A stretch of 24,687 nucleotides of DNA, from the IMG/VR virus record IMGVR_UViG_3300037760_000047, positions 1-24,687 of that record; one strand, written 5' to 3'. How positions within the stretch are numbered: position 1 is the stretch's first letter; each line of letters starts with the position of its first letter. Both the position numbers and the translations under genes were made by a program. Positions 17,434 to 23,910 of this stretch are shown piece after piece. The DNA comes from a virus (lineage: Duplodnaviria > Caudoviricetes). The notes beneath the pieces were generated by a model. That model did not search any database. It was not told the origin of the DNA and worked only from the letters and a program-made list of their open reading frames with translations.

Positions 17434-18088
17434 CCCACTGCCCACTAATCGCAGCCACCGGCTGACGATCGTCCTGCTCGTTCTGCTGCTGCTGCTGGTC
17501 GGGTGGATTCTGTTCGACCGGTCCACGTCGCAACGCTCGGCGGAATTGGCAGCCGACAACGCCGCGTCGATCGCCGCTCAGGTCCGCGCCGCGTGTGAGC
17601 GCCGTGGCCTGACCGCGATTGAGCTCGGGGATCTGTGTCGCCAGGCCGAGCAGATCGAGGAACGGCCGGCCGAGACAATACCCGGCCCACCGGGTCCGCA
17701 AGGGCCACCCGGCAGAGACTCGACGGTTCCCGGCCCGCAGGGCCCGCGGGGGTTTCCTGGGTCGATGGGAATCCAGGGTCCGCCCGGGCCGCCGGGCGCC
17801 AGCGTCGAAGGCCCGCAAGGCCCGCCCGGGGAGAGCGTCCAGGGGCCGCAGGGGCCTGCTGGAGAGCCTGGCGCGCCCGGGCCGCAGGGTGAGCCGGGAG
17901 AATCCATCGTCGGGCCTCCGGGGCCCGCCGGTGCGGACGGTCAAGACGGTGTGGACGGCCGCGGCATCCTCTCGATCACGTTCGAGAATGGCGGTGATTG
18001 CCACATGGTCATCACCTACACCGATGAGACCACCGATGAGTTCCCGGTGCCCGCCAGCATGTGTAAAGAACAACCTGAGGAGCCGTGA
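17420..18088 (+). CDS. Membrane-anchored collagen-like protein
   Basis: Basic N-terminus, TM helix ([18 protein letters not shown]), Cys pair, interrupted Gly-X-Y repeats, short C-terminal beta domain with two Cys. Confidence 0.82.
   Translation: MIRRNPLPTNRSHRLTIVLLVLLLLLVGWILFDRSTSQRSAELAADNAASIAAQVRAACERRGLTAIELGDLCRQAEQIEERPAETIPGPPGPQGPPGRDSTVPGPQGPRGFPGSMGIQGPPGPPGASVEGPQGPPGESVQGPQGPAGEPGAPGPQGEPGESIVGPPGPAGADGQDGVDGRGILSITFENGGDCHMVITYTDETTDEFPVPASMCKEQPEEP
17684..17965 (+). repeat. Collagen-like Gly-X-Y coding repeats
   Basis: [10 protein letters not shown]...[30 protein letters not shown]...[12 protein letters not shown]. Confidence 0.85.
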
Positions 18089-18225
18089 TGTTCGCCGTAA
18101 TCGCCGCCGTGCTCATCTTCCTCGCCGCCGTCGGTGTCAGCGCCGACGCCGTCGACCTGTTCCTGCTGGGGCTCGCGTTCCTGGCGCTGCACTTCGCCTG
18201 GGACTTCCGTCCCTGGCACAGATGA
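18088..18225 (+). CDS. 45-aa two-TM membrane microprotein (absent from ORF track)
   Basis: GAGGAG RBS, TGATG coupling. [45 protein letters not shown]. Confidence 0.75.
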   Translation: MFAVIAAVLIFLAAVGVSADAVDLFLLGLAFLALHFAWDFRPWHR

Positions 18226-18238
18226 AGGGGGATCACCC

Positions 18239-18553
18239 ATGTCCGTACCTCGACCCGTCATGTTCGCACTGTCCATCCTGGCTGCGCTGAAGGTATTCCT
18301 CGGCGCTGCGGTCATAACCGACCTGATCGGCGACACCTGGACCGGCTCGATTTTGGCCGCCCTCGTCGCGGTCGATGTCGGCGTGGCGTTCTACCTGCAA
18401 GGCCAGGTGGTGCCACTGAAGACCACCGTGGCCTACCTCGGCGGGGAGTACGAGGTCCGTGCCGGCGGTGCGGCCATCCAGCCGACCGGCTCGGCGATCC
18501 GCCCGCAAGTCGAGGTGGGCCGGCTGACCAAGTCGGAGACCCTTGATGGCTGA
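18239..18553 (+). CDS. Two-TM membrane protein, holin candidate (104 aa)
   Basis: ATG 18239 after GAAGGGGG RBS (preferred over 18134). Two hydrophobic helices followed by QVVP and a soluble tail. Confidence 0.7.
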   Translation: MSVPRPVMFALSILAALKVFLGAAVITDLIGDTWTGSILAALVAVDVGVAFYLQGQVVPLKTTVAYLGGEYEVRAGGAAIQPTGSAIRPQVEVGRLTKSETLDG

Positions 18554-18647
18554 CCGCGAGCGCGACGAGGCCGAGCCGGTGACCGTGTACGGCAAGGCCC
18601 ACGGCGACATGTCCACCATCGCCACCGATGAGAAAGAGGAAGACTGA
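18546..18647 (+). CDS. 33-aa acidic microprotein (absent from ORF track)
   Basis: GGAG RBS. MADRERDEAEPVTVYGKAHGDMSTIATDEKEED* overlaps both neighbours, ending in a TGATG junction. Confidence 0.5.
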   Translation: MADRERDEAEPVTVYGKAHGDMSTIATDEKEED

Positions 18648-19036
18648 TGGCACTCGGTATGTCCGCCGCTGAGGCTGCGGCAGTTCTGAACGCCCACGTC
18701 CGCGGCACCAGCTACGGCGGCCAAGCCAGCGTGTTCGCCAAGCTGCACACCGGCGACCCTGGCGCGGCCGGTACGGCGAACGCTGCGACGGAGACGACCC
18801 GCCAAGAGGTGACGTTCGGCAGCGCGGCCACTACCGGCGCGATCGCCAACACGGTCGCGGTCGAGTGGACCAGCGTGTCCACCACCGAGACGTACACCCA
18901 CTACTCGCTATGGACGGCTTCTACGGGCGGCACGTTCCTCGGCTCCGGCACCATCAGCGGCGGCGCGGTCACAGCGGGAAATAATTTCTCCATTCCGATC
19001 GGCGACTTCGACCTGACCCAGTCCACCGCCGCGTAG
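18647..19036 (+). CDS. Putative minor virion structural protein (small Thr/Ala/Gly-rich beta protein)
   Basis: LHTGDPGAAGT...RQEVTF...IANTVAVEW...THYSLWTASTGGTFL...FSIPIGDFDL matches a recurrent phage structural family usually found before long fibre-like genes; GAGGA RBS. Confidence 0.72.
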   Translation: MALGMSAAEAAAVLNAHVRGTSYGGQASVFAKLHTGDPGAAGTANAATETTRQEVTFGSAATTGAIANTVAVEWTSVSTTETYTHYSLWTASTGGTFLGSGTISGGAVTAGNNFSIPIGDFDLTQSTAA

Positions 19037-19041
19037 ATGCG

Positions 19042-19308
19042 GTGGGCCTGTGTTCCGGCCTGACGGTCGGCGACCACTGCTGCTGGGTCGACGGTGAGCC
19101 CTGCCGGTTCCTCGAGACCGACACGGTGCCCGGCCGGCACTGGGTATGCGGGCTGCGCCGCGAGCTGGGCTCGTGGGCGAAGGTCCACGCCGATCCCCGC
19201 TATCTGCGGCACGTGAAGCCGGTCTGGCGGCGTGTAGGTATCTCCGACTGCGGTGACTGGCCGGCGGCGGGCGAGGAGTGCGGGACTTGTGGGGTGAACG
19301 GTGGCTGA
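19042..19308 (+). CDS. Cys-rich putative Zn/Fe-S cluster protein (YkgJ/CxxCxxCC-like)
   Basis: 8 Cys in 88 aa: C...HCC...PCRFL...WVCGL...DCGDWP...CGTC. Overlaps the start of the next gene. Confidence 0.6.
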   Translation: MGLCSGLTVGDHCCWVDGEPCRFLETDTVPGRHWVCGLRRELGSWAKVHADPRYLRHVKPVWRRVGISDCGDWPAAGEECGTCGVNGG

Positions 19309-22300
19309 TCTCGGTACCATCGCGTTCGGCACGTTCGTGTCCGCGTCCTCCACCAATACAGCGCTCAACGCGCCGACAGGCGAACCGGTCTTGCAGGTCA
19401 TCGCTTCGGCCAGCGACACTTCCGACGTTCACGACATCGCCAACACCACACATGTTGGCGTCGCTTTTTTCGAGTTGGGCAACGTCCCCAGCGATCTCGG
19501 CAACATGGACACCCTGTCCGTGCAGGTGCGGTACGGCCTGCAGTCCGGTACCAGGGTCAACACGTGGGACACGTTGACCGTACAGATCGTCCAGTCGGAC
19601 CTGGCGACGGCGCTGACCGACGAGCGCACCGTGGCATCGAACATCGTGACGCTGGGGACGACCTCGGCGGTCCTCGCGTTTACCGGGCTGAACACGACGG
19701 CTGACAGGACCGTGTGGGACGGCGCGGTGGCGGTGTTCCGGTTCACCGTCACCAAGAACATGGGCGGCGACATCCTGGAGGAGCGGGTCTTCGCCGCCGA
19801 GCTGACCGGCGAGTACACGGTCGAGGTCGCAGGCCCGGTCGAGGGTCAGGCGGAAGGCGTCTACGCCTACACAGGCACGGCTGCGGCCACGGTCACCGTC
19901 GAGGGCTCCGCCGTCGGGGCCTACGCCTATGCGGGCACTGCGGCTGGCTCAGCCAGTGGCGGCGGTGGCGGCACGCCTATCGTCACCGAGGACTGGTCAG
20001 GGTACCCCGATTCGACGATGGGAAACCCGACCGCCCTGGACGGGGAGCGACACTGGCGGCAAGGCGCCAACCAGACCGTCGACCTGTCAAAGGCCGGGTG
20101 GCGCATCCGCGACGGCGTCGCCTACGCGGGCGCCGGGTTCACCACCGCCGCCGGTATCCCGACCGACGAGGTGTCGGCCACCGCCAGCAGCATCAGTTCG
20201 GCCCGCTGCGAAACGGACCTGGGCACGACCGACATGTACGTGCGGGCCACCTTCGGCGATCTGATCGGCTCCCCGGCGGGCACCGGGTTCGGCGTGTTCG
20301 CCAGGGTCGGCGAGGCCGACTCGCTGACCTGCTACTACCTGCAGGTGCGCCGGGCGAACAACGAGGTGCGGCTGTTCCCGGTCGTCGCGGGCTCGTTCGG
20401 GACGCAGATCGGCAGCTCCGCGTCGCACGTGTACGCATCGGGCGACGTGTTCGAGTTGCGCTGCTTCGGCACCACCATCAGCGTGCGGGTCAACGACACC
20501 GAGGTCATCTCGGCCACCAACTCGACGGTCACCAGCGGGTCGAAGGCGGGCCTGTTCGCCAACACCGTCGCGTCCGGCTCCGGGGTGCGCTGCACCGCGT
20601 GGAAGGCCGGGCCGCTCGACGGCTCCGGTGACCCGGTGGAGACCCCCGTCGACGACCCGATTCCGATGGTGCTGTGGGCCACCCAGGTGATGGCCGGCGC
20701 CACCACGGCCAGGGTCTCTTGCCAGGTCCGCAACGCCGCCCTGGTGCGGATCGTGGTGGCCGACAACTCCGGGCTCACCACGCCCGTGTTCACCTCGTCC
20801 TACCAGGCGCCGTCCTCGCTCGAGCTCACCTCGTTCGAGGCGACCGGGCTCACCGCGGGCACCGACTACTTCTACGGCCTGCAGGTCGACGACGTCACCG
20901 TCGGCGGGGTGCGCGAGCTGCGCACCGCACCGTCCGGGCAGGCATCATTCACCATGGCCATGTCCGGCGACGCCGGGAACATCGTCACCACAAACACCTA
21001 CCCGCTGTCCATCAAGACATCGAACTCGCCCACCTACGACCGGATCGCCGACCGCGACCCGGCGTTCTTCCTGTTCGCCGGGGACCGGCACTACCGCGAC
21101 TACAATCTCGACAACGTGTCCGCCCACCTGCTGGCGCTGCGGGACACGTTCAACAACCCGCGGCTGGCCGGGCTGTCCGAGCAGTTGCCGGTGATGCAGA
21201 TATGGGACGACCACGACTACACCGGCGTGTCCGACGGCTCAGCCACCGGGCGTGACGCCGCGGTCGAGCTGTTCCGCACCGCCGTGCCAACCGATGCGTG
21301 GCTGGTCGACACCGCCATCACAGACCCGATCGGGTACACGTTCACGTGGGGACGCACCCGCTGGATCATCCTGGATCACCGCAGCTCCAGGGCCACCAAC
21401 GACATCCTGGGTTCCGCCCAGCTCGCCGCGCTGCTGGACCTGTTGGAGAACGCCACCGAGGAACTGATCTTCCTCTATGTCGGGGTGCCGTGGATCGCCG
21501 GGTCGGCGCCGCTGGCCGACCACTGGGGCGCGTTCACCGGTAACCGGGCCACCATCGCCGAGACGATCGAGGACTTCGCCAAGGGCCGGGTCGTCATCCT
21601 GCACGCCGACGCGCACATGCTCGCCATCGACGACGGCACCAACACCCAGTACGACACCGGCACCGCTGACCCCGGCCCGCCGTTGCTGTGCGCCGCCCCG
21701 GTCGACTCGTCCACCAGCTTTAAGACCGGCACCTACTCGGAGGGGTTCGTGCCGGACCCGGTCGGGCCGGTGCATCAGCAGTACGCCACCATCGAAGTCG
21801 ACGACCAGGGCAGCCAACTGGTCGTCACGATGCGCGGCTACCAGCTCAGCGGCACGACCGGCGAGACCGAAGTCATCTCGCACCAGTTCACGGTCAGCGT
21901 GGGCGGCGATGGTCCCACAGCGTCCGGCGACTACGACTACACCGGCACGGCCACCGGTCAGGTTACCGTCTCCGGGGCCGCCAGCGGCTCGTACGGCTAC
22001 GCGGGAACCGCCGCGGGTACCAGTGGCGCGGCGACCGTGCAAGGCGCCGCAGCGGGCACCTACGGCTACTCGGGCACCGCCGCGGGTGCCGCCACCGTCA
22101 CCGGGGCGGCCAGCGGCAGCCACACCTATGCCGGCACGGGCGCCGGAACCGCTGAACCGTCCACCGCCGAAGGCTCCGCGTCCGGTAGCTACACCTACGC
22201 CGGCACCGCAGCGGGATCGGGCGCGGCCGGGCCCGTCGACGGTCAGGCCGCCGGCACCTACACCTACGCAGGCACAGCCGCGGGCCAGGTCACCGTCGTC

Positions 22301-22666
22301 GGCATCGCGACCGGGGCCTATGCCTACGCCGGGAGCGCGGACGGCACCGCCAGCGTGTTCGGGGCTGCCGCCGGCGGCTATGTCTACGCAGGCTCGGCGC
22401 TCGGCAGCGGGGAAGTGCCACCGTTCGCCTACATCAGCATCACCGTCGGCCCGATGCGTGACCCGCTCGAGTTGGCCGAGATGCGCGACCCGCTGGCCGC
22501 CGCCGAGATCGACCCCGCCCAGCCGGTCACCGTCGGCGAACTGCGCGACACCGCGCCGGTCCTCGGCGTGCTACGCGACGCGGCTCCGACCATCGGCGTG
22601 CTACGCGAACCGATCAGCGTGGATGAGATGCGTGACCCGATCAGCGTCGACGAACTGAGGGAGTAG
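19301..22666 (+). CDS. 1121-aa multidomain protein: beta-rich N-terminus, repeats, ConA/lectin-like domain, FN3-like domain, PhoD-like metallophosphoesterase, repeats
   Basis: PhoD-type motifs SGDAG (20963), GDRHYRD (21080), WDDHDY (21203), LDHR, ILGSAQL, DHWGAF...R, HADAH (21602). No Sec/Tat signal visible. GxYxYxGTAxG repeats on both sides of the enzyme. Confidence 0.85.
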   Translation: MADLGTIAFGTFVSASSTNTALNAPTGEPVLQVIASASDTSDVHDIANTTHVGVAFFELGNVPSDLGNMDTLSVQVRYGLQSGTRVNTWDTLTVQIVQSDLATALTDERTVASNIVTLGTTSAVLAFTGLNTTADRTVWDGAVAVFRFTVTKNMGGDILEERVFAAELTGEYTVEVAGPVEGQAEGVYAYTGTAAATVTVEGSAVGAYAYAGTAAGSASGGGGGTPIVTEDWSGYPDSTMGNPTALDGERHWRQGANQTVDLSKAGWRIRDGVAYAGAGFTTAAGIPTDEVSATASSISSARCETDLGTTDMYVRATFGDLIGSPAGTGFGVFARVGEADSLTCYYLQVRRANNEVRLFPVVAGSFGTQIGSSASHVYASGDVFELRCFGTTISVRVNDTEVISATNSTVTSGSKAGLFANTVASGSGVRCTAWKAGPLDGSGDPVETPVDDPIPMVLWATQVMAGATTARVSCQVRNAALVRIVVADNSGLTTPVFTSSYQAPSSLELTSFEATGLTAGTDYFYGLQVDDVTVGGVRELRTAPSGQASFTMAMSGDAGNIVTTNTYPLSIKTSNSPTYDRIADRDPAFFLFAGDRHYRDYNLDNVSAHLLALRDTFNNPRLAGLSEQLPVMQIWDDHDYTGVSDGSATGRDAAVELFRTAVPTDAWLVDTAITDPIGYTFTWGRTRWIILDHRSSRATNDILGSAQLAALLDLLENATEELIFLYVGVPWIAGSAPLADHWGAFTGNRATIAETIEDFAKGRVVILHADAHMLAIDDGTNTQYDTGTADPGPPLLCAAPVDSSTSFKTGTYSEGFVPDPVGPVHQQYATIEVDDQGSQLVVTMRGYQLSGTTGETEVISHQFTVSVGGDGPTASGDYDYTGTATGQVTVSGAASGSYGYAGTAAGTSGAATVQGAAAGTYGYSGTAAGAATVTGAASGSHTYAGTGAGTAEPSTAEGSASGSYTYAGTAAGSGAAGPVDGQAAGTYTYAGTAAGQVTVVGIATGAYAYAGSADGTASVFGAAAGGYVYAGSALGSGEVPPFAYISITVGPMRDPLELAEMRDPLAAAEIDPAQPVTVGELRDTAPVLGVLRDAAPTIGVLREPISVDEMRDPISVDELRE
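19832..19948 (+). repeat. Two GxAxGxYxYxGTA coding repeats upstream of the lectin/PhoD cassette
   Basis: GPVEGQAEGVYAYTGTAAATVTVEGSAVGAYAYAGTAAG. Confidence 0.75.
21914..22410 (+). repeat. Eight ~20-23 aa GxAxGxYxYxG(T/S)AxG coding repeats
   Basis: SGDYDYTGTATG, SGSYGYAGTAAG, AGTYGYSGTAAG, SGSHTYAGTGAG, SGSYTYAGTAAG, AGTYTYAGTAAG, TGAYAYAGSADG, AGGYVYAGSALG. Confidence 0.85.
22445..22663 (+). repeat. Seven 9-10 aa (M/L)R(D/E) coding repeats at the protein C-terminus
   Basis: VGPMRDP, LAEMRDP, VGELRDT, LGVLRDA, IGVLREP, VDEMRDP, VDELRE. Confidence 0.75.
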
Positions 22667-22669
22667 TCA

Positions 22670-23017
22670 ATGCCGAGCTCGATCTACGTCGGGGCCACCG
22701 AGCCCCGCCGCATGGCCGTCACCGTCGACGAGGGTGTGTTCGCCGACATCACCATCGCCGGCGTTGCGTTGCGCACCGACCCGAACGATGTGCCCGACCC
22801 CGATCCCAGCGCCGCCACCATCGGAGACTTCTCCGAGATCGCGCGGGACGACCCGGACGTGATGCCGGTGTTCGGGCCGCGCGATGGTGACGTGGACCCG
22901 GCCGCCGATGTAAGCGGCAGCGTCGACTACCAGGTGTTCGTCCTGCTGCGCACCGCCGACTATGACTTCATTCGCAAGCCCGACGTCCTGACCGTGCTCG
23001 GAGAACCGGCAGCATGA
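22670..23017 (+). CDS. Acidic hypothetical protein, possibly Ig-like virion accessory
   Basis: GAGGGAG RBS; 115 aa with alternating beta-strand pattern (YQVFVLLRT...VLTV). Confidence 0.65.
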   Translation: MPSSIYVGATEPRRMAVTVDEGVFADITIAGVALRTDPNDVPDPDPSAATIGDFSEIARDDPDVMPVFGPRDGDVDPAADVSGSVDYQVFVLLRTADYDFIRKPDVLTVLGEPAA

Positions 23018-23250
23018 GCGCTCGCATCAAGTCCGGGTGGCTGATGACCGACTACTCCGGCGATGACCTGTCCCGCGTCGAGATGGCCACCGGCGACCGC
23101 ACCCCCGGCCCGTGGCAATCGGCGTTCCTGTCCTGGGACGGGCGCCGACGGGTGGCGATGATCCGCCCGCCGCAGACCCCGACCCGCTCGATGAAGGTGT
23201 GGCTGCGGGTGGACAACGTCGCGGAAATGGTCGGCCAGGTCCGCCTCTAG
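23014..23250 (+). CDS. Hypothetical protein, 78 aa
   Basis: ATGA-coupled, GGAG RBS; beta-rich (WQSAFLSWDG, KVWLRVD). Confidence 0.65.
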   Translation: MSARIKSGWLMTDYSGDDLSRVEMATGDRTPGPWQSAFLSWDGRRRVAMIRPPQTPTRSMKVWLRVDNVAEMVGQVRL

Positions 23251-23251
23251 G

Positions 23252-23343
23252 CGTCGCTGTTCCCCCACAGCGGCGGGCCGCCGCCCGGTCATCCCCTCGC
23301 ACTGGGCGGCGGTCACCCCCTTCTCTCGGCAAGAGGGGAGGTG
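23252..23343 (+). promoter_or_regulatory. Three consecutive hairpins upstream of the secreted-peptide gene, the last occluding the RBS
   Basis: Stems 23252-23260/23267-23275 (loop TCCCCC), 23276-23289/23301-23314 (loop CATCCCCTCGC) and 23314-23324/23332-23343 covering GGGGAGGTG. Confidence 0.55.
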
Positions 23344-23348
23344 AAACC

Positions 23349-23534
23349 ATGAAGCGCCTCATCGCCGCCGCCGCGCTCAGCCTCATCGTGCTCGGCTCCG
23401 GCGCAACCGTCGCCGCCGCCGACCCGTCGTTCGGGCCCGGTGCCGGCAACGGGCAGGGCAACAACGCACCCCAGGACCAGGGTGCCAGCTGTCATCCGCC
23501 CGGTCAGACCGACGACCGCCCCGAGTGCAAGTAG
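23349..23534 (+). CDS. Small secreted peptide (Sec signal plus ~37-aa mature region with two Cys)
   Basis: GGAGGTG RBS before ATG 23349. MKRLIAAAALSLIVLGSGATVAAA|DPSFGPGAGNGQGNNAPQDQGASCHPPGQTDDRPECK*. Confidence 0.8.
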   Translation: MKRLIAAAALSLIVLGSGATVAAADPSFGPGAGNGQGNNAPQDQGASCHPPGQTDDRPECK

Positions 23535-23537
23535 TCG

Positions 23538-23585
23538 ACAACAAGGCCCCGGCGACGCCACCCCCTAAGCGGCGCCGCCGGGGTC
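23538..23585 (-). terminator. Intrinsic terminator-like hairpin between convergent transcription units
   Basis: Stem 23545-23559/23571-23585. On the minus strand the internal mismatch becomes G-U and the stem is followed by TTGTTGT. Confidence 0.6.
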
Positions 23586-23744
23586 CCCGGTCATCTCGAA
23601 TATCCGGCCGCAGCGCGTACACTGCACCCTCGCATGCGGATCACTCAGGACAGTGATTTCCGCCAGATACTGCCGAGCGTGCTCGCAGTCGAAAGCGTCA
23701 GAGATATCGCGGTTGAACTTCTCCCGCCACTCGTCCTCAGTCAT
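23565..23744 (-). CDS. 59-aa putative Zn-ribbon protein (absent from ORF track)
   Basis: GGAGG RBS. MTEDEWREKFNRDISDAFDCEHARQYLAEITVLSDPHARVQCTRCGRIFEMTGDPGGAA*, a CxH...CxxC pattern. Confidence 0.65.
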   Translation of the reverse strand: MTEDEWREKFNRDISDAFDCEHARQYLAEITVLSDPHARVQCTRCGRIFEMTGDPGGAA

Positions 23745-23910
23745 GGTGCCTCCGCAACTGTTCCACGATCCGTCGCTCGATGGGCGTCAATGGCCTACGC
23801 GGCGACTCGGGGTTGATCTGAACGAGCGATCGCCTGAGTTTGCGCAGGAACCGCCTGCGCTCCCGCTCAACAGCAGGCCAGAAAAAAGGACGCGGCCGTT
23901 TCCTATCCAT
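23737..23910 (-). CDS. Small Arg-rich hypothetical protein, 57 aa
   Basis: ATG 23910 is TGATG-coupled to the upstream gene and overlaps the next gene's start. Confidence 0.5.
   Translation of the reverse strand: MDRKRPRPFFWPAVERERRRFLRKLRRSLVQINPESPRRPLTPIERRIVEQLRRHHD

Noticed and set aside
21477-22658. 393-aa alternative-frame Pro/Arg-rich ORF overlapping the PhoD-bearing gene
   Set aside because: Frame-shifted read of a GC-rich repetitive gene; no RBS or recognisable motif.
21914-22663. Possible CRISPR array or DGR template/variable repeat pair
   Set aside because: Repeats are degenerate, codon-phased protein repeats without unique spacers or adenine-specific differences; no cas or reverse transcriptase gene is present.
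19301-22666. Labelling the gene phoD as a standard auxiliary metabolic gene
   Set aside because: PhoD is under a third of the protein, there is no export signal or evident Pho box, and the context is structural, so the symbol was withheld.
23252-23343. tRNA or known riboswitch in the multi-hairpin spacers (also 3372-3477)
   Set aside because: No cloverleaf, T-loop GTTC or acceptor stem, and no recognisable aptamer consensus.
23349-23534. Calling the secreted peptide an arbitrium AimP
   Set aside because: No AimR-like TPR receptor in the window and no resemblance to known short mature peptides; kept only as a generic secreted peptide.
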